A DNA stretch of 64,000 nt from positions 472,551 to 536,550 of the forward strand of contig MNCI01003484.1 in assembly GCA_015680685.1 (NCBI GenBank), read 5' to 3'. Shown piece after piece: positions 1 to 11,799 of the stretch. Under the pieces are notes generated by a model. That model was not told the DNA's origin and ran no database searches. It saw nothing but the letters and a program-made list of their open reading frames with translations. The position numbers and the translations under genes were made by a program. The stretch's first letter is position 1. Each line of letters opens with the position of its first letter. The stretch comes from Gnetum montanum. Lineage: Eukaryota; Plantae; Gnetophyta.

Positions 1-1316
1 GAGAGTGGAAATTCAAAGCATACCCCTTAGACATAATAAAGAAATAGGGGCTACAAGCATTGGTTATGGCACTAGAAAGATATGTTACCCATGCTTGAAG
101 TTTCCCTCTAACTAAGGCCCTTTCTCACTTTTTGCTTCTCTATGTTTCTCTCCTTGGAATGGTGGTGACTCTTTGGGGAAGCATTCTTGTTGCTTCAAGG
201 GGATGGATTGGCCAAGTGTATTGATGCGAGGTCACTGAATGTGGTTGGTTTCAGTCCAAATTTGGAATGAGTTCTACTCAATCACCTTAACCATAAAATA
301 CACAAGGGACTTTACACAACCTTGCTGTTGGGATTCCATTCCATTTTCTACTCCATCTTTCTTCCCATTTTCCACCTCATTGCTGATTTTATGATTAGTC
401 TATATCCTGGTTGATACATTGTTATTCCTTAGTAAATCCTTGTGGGTTAGTCTTTAACCATTGTTTCCATATGCCATTCCTAGAGCCTATGGACTCTTTG
501 GTTTGGGGGTTTGTTAGGGCATAAAGGGCATGAGCCTGCTTTGGGGAGGACCCATTGATAGTCCTTTATGGTGTAATTGTTAAGTTCTTCTCCTTACACA
601 TTTTTTGTAATTAACAATTTCTCATTTCATCTCCATCCATGACATCCATTTTATTGGCATCATCGTTGTTATTTTTCCCATTTTTCTTGTTCCCTATACT
701 TTTCCACACTATTGCTATCGGAGGTTCACTTTTAGTTGTGGGGGCCCTGTCACAAATTTTTCCAATCTACTACTTGTATCACCCCTACAGCTTGGGTAGT
801 TATCTATGATAAACCTCTAACCCAGTTTTTGCCATAATCACAACCTAGCCAATGCACTTTATATCGAGGTAAGGTATCTACTACATTATGGTTTACTTAT
901 CCTTGCTCATTCATGACCGTGTTGTGTGTGCAGATGGCGATTACATGAACTATGGACTAGGATAGGAGGAAGCACTCGGGATGGACTGAAGCTGGAGCGT
1001 TTACATAGAGAACAAGTTTGGTCACATGGTTATGGATAAATAATGGAAGATGAAATCTCGTCGTTGGTAGCAATGCACCTCATTTTCTTTACTCTCTCTT
1101 CAAGTTGTCAGATGAGGGTCTGGATGTCATCTATGTATAATGTTCACCACAAAGGGTGTGAACACCAATGTTGTAATATGTTTGTCGATCTATTCACCAG
1201 GTACTTTGAGTCTGGTATTCCCTATCGCTGTTAGTTCTCATTCAGTTAATAATCCCATACCTTCCCAATATTTTGTAAGGAACTCAAGGACAAATTTTCA
1301 TTCAATCATAGGGGTA

Positions 1317-2102
1317 TGATGAGCTACGATATTGGGGCCTTTCAAGCGATATCACGTATGAAATATCACAATCTACCTCGTTGCCTATAAATAAGAGGTA
1401 GGCACACTTGGTTTGTAGAGTTAGTCTTAGTCCCTTACGAAAACTTTTGCCTTTTTCCCTTTCCAAAGATAGAATTATTTCTGATTTCCCGTAGTAGGAG
1501 TCATAAAGTGAACAGATCTTTATTTGAACATTGTGTACCTAAGCATACCTTGTGTATGGTAATAAATATGAACTTTGGGATAAACCTTGCAGCATTCAGA
1601 ATTGATTAATTAATGTTAATTATTGCTTTCCTTAGTTAATTAATGTTCTCTCTCTCTCACCGTACAACTCTCCTAAGTAAGCACACTTAGTACGATCACT
1701 TCGAGCATGCGTGTAACACTTGGTAACCTAGTAATAATAGCATTTGGTAATCTTAGTAGTGTTACACTAGTTTAGGATGTGTTCGGCAAGTGAGAACGGA
1801 TGCTGGTGTTAGGACTAGTTAAAGCATAGTTAAGTAGTTAAATCAAAATTAGTTACTTAGTTATCTCTCTCCTCCCTTTGTAGCACTAGGACATAAAAAC
1901 ATAAAAACTATAAAAATCATGTACCTCAAGTTTACTTAACCATAAAATTATGCTATACAAGTAAACTTGGGAAGATAACGATTGATCAACCCATCCTTGT
2001 TCCACAAAGGCACATATGCACTTAGTCCATGGAATTCTACCAGATCGTGCATGTACACTCATATTCATATGGTTAACCATAGGGATACCTCACCACTCAT
2101 CA
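1317..2102 (+). repeat. Athila-type LTR (A), 3'-LTR context
   Basis: TGATGAG...CTCATCA; preceded by Athila-like PPT context ctcaaggacaaa...ggggta; homologous to LTRs B-E (tggtaat/ttaggatgtg/gtatggtt...actcatca blocks). Confidence 0.8.
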
Positions 2103-4338
2103 ATAACTAAAAAACTAATCAGTAAGGATGATAACTCAAAAACCTCAACTATATGATCCAAGGAAACTAGGGTGCATTTTTTGAACACTTTCCCATGAGT
2201 TCAGTCATGAGGGAGATACCTTATTTTGATTTAGGAATTAATAAGTGTTTTTTATTTTTTTCTCATACAATTATTTTTAATTTCTAATTTCTTGATTTAC
2301 ATTTTCACATTTCTTAATACAATTTTTCATTCTTTTATACTTTTCCATTTCTTAATAATTTCTTAATTCTTTTACATTTTTCTATTCTTTGATGATTTTT
2401 CATTCTTTACATATTTTTCCATTTTACTATCTCTTTCATCCTTTTCATACATTATTTTCATTTTCTTTGTACATATTTTTTATTGCTAATACAACACACC
2501 ATGAATAAGGTAAGATATAGTCTAGTGAAGTAAATATTTTTCTATGTTATCAGGTCATAGGGGACTGATTGTTTGTATAGTGAGACTGCAACATTCATCC
2601 ATCCATTCCATTAATAAGAGGTTATTACCATGGCCATAATGATATTATTTCCATCATCAAATGAAAAATTAAATTTTGATCATTATGCCTAGCCCAAAAA
2701 GTGAAGAATGAAGTGGGAATGTCAAGCATGTGACATCAAGGGGATTTGTGCATTCTCTTGGATTACTGCTATAAGTTCTACTGTGTTGCTTAAGTTGTAT
2801 TATATACTTGTAGATATAATGAAAAATGGGAGTAAGAGTAAAATAAGTTTTGTCTTACCATGTCACTAGAAAGACATGATACCCATGCCTAAAGATAGTC
2901 CTCTAGTAAGGTTGACACAGCTAAAAATAAAGCTCATGCATAGAATAAACCTCTGGGGGTCCCATTGGGAAGACATCTTACCCATGCTTGAAGGCAGGTA
3001 GTTTCTCAAGAATTGAAAAAAATAAAACGTGTAATGAATAAGCTCCTCCCTTGGACAATATGTCAAGTGGTAATACTCCTTGCAATAGTGGTAGTCTTAT
3101 GGTTGTACCTCCATGAGATGACATAATGCAATGTCATTGAAATTTGGTCTAGACTTGGTTTGAATCTTTGATGAAAGGGCTAATGATAATTTTAACCACT
3201 AATAAAACATAGGAATTCATTATTCTTATGGTAAGAAACCTCACGTCCTGATTTCTACAATCCTTTCTAAGACCATCTCATCTCACTATATGAATAATTA
3301 TAACTTGTGTTTTTTTGTAGCATAGTGATTTTTTCCAAAATGATGGTACTAACATGTGTGTTTTGATAAATAGATATATGTTACATTCAAATATTTAAGC
3401 ACCTAAGGACACTTTTAGGAATGGTTATACAAGGGCACTAAGGGTTGGAGCCTACTTTGGGAAGGACCCACTTTTATAACTACTGTATCTTATACTTGGC
3501 AAGAAATTCCACATCATCTTAAGTCTTCCAAAAATAATAATAAATGTCCATAAAAGCTTTCCTTATTATTCAATATATCCATTCATACAACACAAATTTA
3601 TTACCCATATTATCCATCTTATCAACACTTAATGAACTTTCATTGCCTAAGATTCCTTCTTTGTGCACTTTCTATGATAAATTCTTGAAAAATATGTATC
3701 ACTCATAGCCCAAACTCTCTAACCATGTTTCATATCTTCAAATTAGTCCAAATGACTCATTTTTGTTCATGAGAAGTCAATGAAAAATTTGCAAATTTCA
3801 CCTCCCATATCTAATAGCAAATCCCCTACAATATTAGATCTTTAATATTGTAGCTCATAAAAAGTATAAATACCACGGGGACTTAGTGAAAATTTTCACT
3901 TGTAGCTTTTGAAGAGGGGAAATTTTTTGCTATTTTTTCTTCCAAACTAAGCACTTTGACTTCCCAACTTCAAACCCTCATAACTCCACACTCGTAGGTT
4001 TGATTTTCATGATTCTTGAACCTTGTTAATCATAGAGCTCTCAACTTAGTCATGGGGATGTGGTTAGCATGATATTCCAAAAATCATAGTCAAAATTTTC
4101 TAACACCCAGAAGGTACTATAAGGGTGAGTATGAAGGGAAAAATGAAAATTTTTAATAAAAATCAAGCTAGAAATACTTAAATAATCCTCTCAATAAACC
4201 ATACCAACTATTATGAGCCATAAACAAGAGCAAAATATAAAACTGTGAAGGGGTATATGGAAACGAACACCTATGGGGTTTCTTTCTGAAAATTTTTCTA
4301 ACTCTACAATCATAATAAGCTAAGAATTTGATCTAACT

Positions 4339-6506
4339 AATGGTAGGAGAAAGAAAAGGAGTTATAAAAGTCAAAGAAAACATTTTAATAATTCTAAAAT
4401 ACTTGATGATTGCAAATGACCTCGAAGAGAGGAGCAATAGAATCCTTACAGCCAACAAGTAAAAGACCTAAAGGCCATGGAAGAGGCCAAATAGAAGAAT
4501 AAGATCCACAAGTAGAACATGTAGAGCAAGAGGCTTAATATTTTAGCATTCATTAGGAAACTCCTACAACAAGACATTTAGCTCAGGGAAAGGTAGAAGA
4601 ATCACAAGCACAAGGACAATGTCTCACGTTGTTACTAGATTACCTCCAAGCCATCTAGGATAAATCAATTCCAACTACAATGATTGTGGAGCTAAAATTT
4701 GGCCTATTTGTAGAATTTGTTCTTGAAGTATTGATGACACAAATTCAAGATTCACTGTTATGGACCATGCTTTCAAACAACAAAGAATAGTATTTGGGGG
4801 AGACCTATCAATTTTGGCATAGGAAAGGGAAAGATGCCATAGTTAATATTGAGGGATTCTCAGTTACTTATTCATAGTTAATATTGAGGGATTCTCATTT
4901 TCTTATTCAGTTAAGATGATAGTTGAAGCCCTTAACATGCCTAATGAAGGGGCAAGAGTATTACATTTGTCCACTAAATTAGATACAAACACCATAAAAT
5001 TATGGTTGTGAAGGGCATATGGAAAAGAAGATAAGGAGTATAATGTGTTAATTTTTGCAAAGAGAATTTATTTTAAAATTGGCACCTATCACCTATTTCC
5101 CATAGAAAAATTAGATAGACTATCCATGTATGTAGCTAGAGGAAGTGTGATCCTAATGGAAAAGTATAACACAAACTTTGCACAACTCTACTTCATGAAG
5201 ATCCAAAGGAGGTTTGAGTAAAAGAAGGCATGGAAGCTAACACTTCCATTCCCTTGTCTCATCAGGAAGCTATGCAAGTGTGCTAGAATCTTAAGGTACA
5301 CCAATGACATCCTTAGAAAGGCTCAAAATGCTTCCTATGTTGAGATGCTCAAGCTAGCACCATCAAAGATAGATCAAGTGGAGGAATAAATAGATGTTGG
5401 AAAAACCACACAAACTACTATACAATAAAAATAAGAGGGACCTAGTGGTTAGCAGTAAGAGTACCAACAACAACAAGAACAACAATAGCAATAAGTTCCA
5501 CCACCACCATCTTAGGATTATAGGCCATCAATGAGTCATCTACCACAAAACATAGAGATCAGCAATTGGGGAACTTGGGAGGAGGCTAATTTGTACAAAT
5601 TCATTTATACTGCTATTAAGCCAAACATTTCATAGATCCTGTCAGTAGAAAAATATCATTGTAGTTAGGAGGAGAGGACCAATGGTCACAACAAATGTTT
5701 GGGAATGCTACATCATTCCAAGTGGTTCTTAAAACTAGAGAAGGAGCCATAGTTGTAATTATGTAGCACCAAGATGTAGTAGGAGTAGAAAAAGTGATCA
5801 TATATCACATCAAAGAATCCTTTAATGTAACTATTGTGCTACCAATGGATCTAACTGGAGCTAGGGTGCTCAAATGCTAACTAGCACCTCAATGACTCGT
5901 ATTGATCATAAAGATGTATTGGATCAATAGCTACAGACCAGACAAGTCATTACAACACTTTTCAACATCCCAAGTGATGTAACTATAGTGTAGTTAGAAC
6001 TAATAACAACCAAGGATAATCTGGTCATGGCAGAAACTAAGGTAGAGCATGCAGAAAATGAAATTCACAAACTACAGAAAGAGCTCACAACCTTGAGGGC
6101 TAAATGAAAAGATCCTACATAATATGTTACACCTAACTAACTCAAGAAATTTAGTATATAACAAATCAATTGCCAAATGGAGAAAAATAAGTAGATGGAG
6201 AATGAGAAGGAGAAAGCAGTGTGGAAGCCTTAGTAGGAAAACCATAGACATATGCACATGCTAAGGCACTCATTGTAGTACAAGAAGAAAATAGAAATAT
6301 TGCTACAGACAATACCAAGTTGACTAATGTGGAGAAGTAGAAGAACATTCTTGAGGAGAGAATCCATTAGTTGAGAGAACAACTAATAAAGGTTAACTAG
6401 GATATGAGCTACTTAGTAAGAGAAAACCAAATGCTCTCAATGGAGGAGGTACGTGCAATAAAAAAAATTAGTTATTGAGATAAGTGCATGGCAGGACAAA
6501 GCAAAG
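4339..6506 (+). pseudogene. Degenerate Athila env-like / Transposase_32-type accessory ORF with poly-Q and coiled-coil C-terminus (resumes at about 10152-10700)
   Basis: IEGFSFSYSVKMIVEALNMPNEGARV (about 4885), KYNTNFAQLYF, LPFPCLIRKLCKCA (5243-5284), caa-rich run at about 5465; C-terminal part at 10152 onward is homologous to 23410 onward. Confidence 0.7.
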
Positions 6507-7967
6507 TGTTGGTGACCGTTTAGGATGCGATCGCCAACGAGTGTCCTCGAACAGGATTTAGGTGCTTGCTGGTCTCTGGCAACACCAAGGCCTAGATACC
6601 TCCAAATAAACTCAGTAGTTAATGTGAGTATGTGTGTGTGCTGTTGCCGTGTGTGGTTGTGTAAAATGAAATGATTACGTTGTGTGTAAACTACAAATGA
6701 ATTTTCTTAAAGAGATTCAGTCAACTTTTCCAAGTACTATGAGTTGTTGAGAGTTCCTATTTTGTTCAATTACCTAGTCTACGTGGTTCTTATAATACCT
6801 ACTTGTAACAAATAAAATTTTGCAAAAACATTTGAGCACAACTCTACAAATCTACTTCTAATTTTCCCCAGAGAAAGAGATAGTTCCACAAGAAAACTAG
6901 AAATANNNNNNNNNNNNNNNNNNNNNNNNNNNNNNNNNNNNNNNNNNNNNNNNNNNNNNNNNNNNNNNNNNNNNNNNNNNNNNNNNNNNNNNNNNNNNNN
7001 NNNNNNNNNNNNNNNNNNNNNNNNNNNNNNNNNNNNNNNNNNNNNNNNNNNNNNNNNNNNNNNNNNNNNNNNNNNNNNNNNNNNNNNNNNNNNNNNNNNN
7101 NNNNNNNNNNNNNNNNNNNNNNNNNNNNNNNNNNNNNNNNNNNNNNNNNNNNNNNNNNNNNNNNNNNNNNNNNNNNNNNNNNNNNNNNNNNNNNNNNNNN
7201 NNNNNNNNNNNNNNNNNNNNNNNNNNNNNNNNNNNNNNNNNNNNNNNNNNNNNNNNNNNNNNNNNNNNNNATCGGGCAACAAGAAAAATAAGAGCAATCT
7301 AAAAATCCCAAAATTACTTGCCAAGGATGATACTATCTAAACCACTAGCTAAAAAATTTTAAAAAAATAAAAATAAAACATAACTCATAGGACTATGAAA
7401 AAGAGGCTGAAATCTTTTCTTTAACAAGTCATCTTACAAGCAATCTTTCACAATTTCTTCCAAGAGTGTGTCTCTAAGTGAGAGCTCCCAAAAGTGTGGT
7501 GGTCAAGTGTGTTCCCCCTCTTTGACCCCTGAAGCCTTTTTATAGGGTTCAAAGGTAGGTAGGTAAGTTACAAAATATCTTGGATGGTTATAACCACCAT
7601 AGAGAGAAAAACGCGATGGGTGACAAGTGTCCCATTTAGTTGCCAAGTGTCTTCATTCAGTTGCCAAGTCATCACCATGGAGATAAAAAGGTTGCAGTTA
7701 ACAAGTGTCCCATGCAAGTGACAAGTGGCCATTGTGGAGATAAAGAGGTTGTAGTTGACAAGTGGCCTTTGTATTGGTTACAATATCATAGAAAATTAAA
7801 ATACAATCACTAAGTTACATATAAATACAAGCTAAAGTTGCAACTTATTCCATACATATATATCCTCTTTATTTTACTTTTTCTTGGCAATATAGGAGGT
7901 GGTGGTTGGATGGTATTATAAAATCATGTAATCTAACCCTCAAAAACACATAAACATTTTTTCCACA
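6507..7967 (-). repeat. Probable LTR-derived sequence of another family around the gap
   Basis: Abrupt TGTTGG start interrupting the Athila ORF; minus-strand TATA (cctataaaaagg, about 7540); short repeats (a/c)caagtg(t/g)cc 7620-7770. Boundaries and continuity across the gap are uncertain. Confidence 0.4.
6906..7270. other. Assembly gap (365 N)
   Basis: Run of n. Confidence 1.
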
Positions 7968-9139
7968 GGGCCTTTGTTTATCAGAGATTTGCTATTTGAT
8001 TTGTTCTTTGTGAAGTAAAAAAAATATTCAAGCCCTCCGATGATGTAGAAATTGCCATCCACCAAGAAGCTGGAGTAGAGCTTTGGGGAAGAATGCATGT
8101 CAGGAAGCCTATCAGCATGAACGCAAGAACAAAAAGAGAATAGGCGATCTGCAAAATCCGAGTTCCCTGCAACAACAAACTGCTTACCAGAACCATTTTA
8201 TTCAAATTCGAATCCTGAAACTCCCCTTTTCGCAATGATCCACTCCAAAAAGAATACAACGTCCACATGAGATCTTGCATTAGAGCAAAAACTATAAAGA
8301 GGATTGTTGGAGAGAATATTGGACAACTTGATGGATCAAGATGGGCACCCTTGAACTTTGTCAAGAATTAGAAAGAGGTCGGCAATATTTGCCACAGAAA
8401 TTTGTAGTTTTGTTTCCTGCATCTCATTTCTCACATGGGTTTGCTAACGGAAGTCTTTTTCTATCTTCAAAGCCGTAGCAGAGCATATGACGCGGTCGTT
8501 GACTTGATGAGGGTTTTCTTTGGCATAGGTTTTGGTGACTTCGGCTTCGGTTCAGGGGCAACGATGATACTAAGGGAGCTTAGAAATGCATTGTTGTAGC
8601 ATATCATGTTTTGTTGGAGCAGCTTGTATGTGGTCATGGCAGGCAACTGGTGATTGCTATTTCTTGCTTGATTTCCTCAAGTCGTTTTAGTCGATTTTGC
8701 AATTCTACGTTGTCGATTGAATATCACGTGGGTAAGGGTGTAATGGTTTTGTGGTTCTTAAAATGGATTTTGATTGGTGATCTACATGATAAATTTCCCA
8801 TCATACTGATTGTCGTTTTCCCCAAAAAAATCCTATCCTGCGAGGTGGATAGGTGTAAGCGACAGCGACACCGATTCCCAAGGTGACACCCAAGCCCAAG
8901 CTGATGTCGATGCCGATGCCGATGCTTTTTGTCCTCAAAGGCCGCCCATGACACCATGTCACCATCATCAACATCGCCTCCTTAATTGGTGTGCAGGTGC
9001 TACTAAAGCTAAGCATGACTCTATTATCCTTGTTGACATTGGTGAACAGATTATCAGCATCTGCTGCAGGATGCATTGGACCTTCAAATAAACAGAAAAG
9101 GAAAGGAGACGAAATAGTAGGAACCCTAGCACAGAGGGT

Positions 9140-9536
9140 TTAGCCAGAACTAAACTTAGTGATGGCCTTAGTGCCCTCAGAAATAGCATGTTTGGCCAGC
9201 TCGCTAGGCAAAACGAGCTTCACAGCTCTGAACCTCGCGAGAAGAAAGCGTATCGCGTTTGGTGTAGTGAGTGAGCTTGGAAGATGCGTTCGCAACTTTC
9301 TCAAAAATGTTAGTGGCAAATGAATTCATGATGCTCATGGCCTTGGATGAAATGCCAAGATCAAAATGCACCTACTTCAAAACTTTGTAAACATAAACCT
9401 TGTAAGACTCCATAGGCTTGCGCTGGGACTTTGTTCCAGGTTTTCGACCACGCTTGCGTTTGCCAGATTCCACTTTTGTGAGATTTTTGTGCCTAGATTT
9501 CGTGGCCTTCTCCCTCTCTTTTTTCTATACTTCCAT
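9140..9536 (-). pseudogene. H2B: Histone H2B pseudogene, divergent (H2B.S/H2B.8-like residues)
   Basis: Manual translation: ...[77 protein letters not shown][2-nt deletion][31 protein letters not shown]>TAG stop at 9372-9374 and frameshift at about 9227, so it is absent from the ORF track. True start codon uncertain. Confidence 0.93.
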
Positions 9537-10899
9537 TCCTCTGCTTTACAAAATTTTTTTTTGTTACTGAGTGTCTTTCAAAATATCAAACTTCAACTCT
9601 TCTCCCAGATAACTCTATCCTTGGAAAAATTTAGTTTTTTGTTGTCTCAACTTTTCTCTCTTCAGTGACCTTAGCTGGAAAGATGTTTTGTGAAGATGTG
9701 AATGAAGACACATAGATATTGAAAAATTTCACCAATATTCTGATGGGATAGTTCATACAAACATTTGTTCATGACAATCTCTGAACTGTTATTGCAGTCC
9801 TTGCCATTATTAGTAATATGGAAAATATTCTTGTACTTTATCTGCAAACTCCTCAAAATATTTTCTACCACAAAGGAGCATGCTATACGTAGCAAACCCA
9901 CTTCTCCATTTCAATAGTTCTATTGAAATATTTTGAAGGTTTCAATTGTCTCATATCTCTATTCCTAGAAATGGCCAAAAATGTGCCAACACAAAGAAGC
10001 ATGAGAGGCTCAAAGAACACTTTCGCAATTAGGTGGGCATGTATAAATATATCAATGAGAAGGAAATCCATATGGAAAAATCCAAAAGCAATTCCATAGC
10101 AAAACAGAATGAAGACTGGCAATCCATCTTGGATAGCTATGCTCATGTCCACCTAGCAGAGATTAAAAACAAAGACTTGTAGATATAAGATCTAAAAGAA
10201 TACATGGGATTAGTTAATCTTCATTATGCTAACTTGGCCATGTTGATAGTCAGTAGGCTCAAAAATGAGCTTGAACAACAAGTAGTAGCCACATATGCAT
10301 TTTATGAAAAGGAGTTTGTAGATCAAAAAGATGATTTAAGAAAACTCTAAATTAAGAATAATTAAGGATAACTACCAAGGGTAGAAAGATGTTGTAGCGA
10401 ACCTGGCCAGAAGAATCTTTGATTATCAGGAGTTACACAAGATGGCTAGGGCATTCAAAGAAGAGAGGAGGTAGTTCGCGACATGGTATGTTAAAGCCAA
10501 TCAGATGTTTCTACAGTTGCCATGTCCATAGGATGTACTAGCTCCATCACACATTACATAACAATCATGGATGATACATGACCCCAAAATGGAAGAAGAG
10601 AAGCTTTAGGCGTTGCTCAATAGATACAAGTTTCAGAAGCCTAATGACAAGGAGAAGCAATTGATGGAAAAGCCACCACCACCAGTCACTACTTAGGTTA
10701 CATCAAGCTTCATCAAGTTTTATTTTTATCAAAGTTTATCTTATCATAACTTGTGTGGATTTTTTTAAAATACTATTGCAACATGTAGTGATATGTATAT
10801 AGTTAAGTCAGTCATAAAAATATACCTCCCAATTTTGTAAGAGGCTATATCCTAATTTTTTTAAACTTGAGGACAATTTCTTAGTTAGTTGTGGTGGTA

Positions 10900-11799
10900 T
10901 GATAAAGTTAATTTTTATTTGGCTATGATATCAGATATACGATATCATAGCCATGATATCGCATATCTAATATCGTAGCATGAGCTATGACATCACTAAT
11001 TCAATATCATGGGATATATGCCAACCTATAAATACAACATTTAGGTGCATGGATCTGCAATAATTTTCATTCCATAGTAATAAATATCTTTCAGTTTATT
11101 TTTGTGAATTTAGTCCTAAGTACTTAGAAGTATGAATGCTCGTAGGGTAGTGTGACTTAGTGAATGGAGTCTTTATTCTACTTGGGCACAAGTGTGACTG
11201 GAAATAAAGATCAATCTATTTCATACTATTGCAACATTCTCCTAGTTTACTACTTAGAATAATTTTACCGTTTTCACTTAGACTACTAATTACTACTTTC
11301 CTAGTTAATGTTTTAGTATTTCATGCATTTTAGTTTTACCCTTTTTAGTATGTGAAATGGATACAACTAATTTTAAGCATAAAGTGTGATCATTTAGTAA
11401 CCCAAAAGTATTATTGCCTAGTTTGCCCTGTAGCGAAGTACTTGGTAATCCCAGTAATGGTTACACAAGGCTAGGATGTGTACAAAAAATCAAGAACAAA
11501 TATCCATCACCATAGGATAGAATGGATTTGTTTAATATTTTACTTAGACTTAGAAACTATTTTCATTTCATCATGTTCACTAGGAGTAGTGATTGTCCAA
11601 AAACATCATTTATCATATACCTCATTGTGAGCTAAACCATATCCATAGATTTCACTAGCTCCATGTGGAAAGATAATGGTCTCAAACTTAAACCAATTGC
11701 TAGCATAATTACATTACCTTGTCCATGGATTATGATCTGGTTGTACATGAACACCTATGACTTGTATGGTTGGGTGTTGGATTACTCCACTACTCATCA
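10900..11799 (+). repeat. Athila-type LTR (B), 3' LTR
   Basis: PPT context cttgaggacaatttc...gtggtggta then TGATAAAG...CTCATCA. Confidence 0.8.

Noticed and set aside
6779-7324. 181-aa and 155-aa ORFs in the track
   Set aside because: Artefacts of translating through the N gap.
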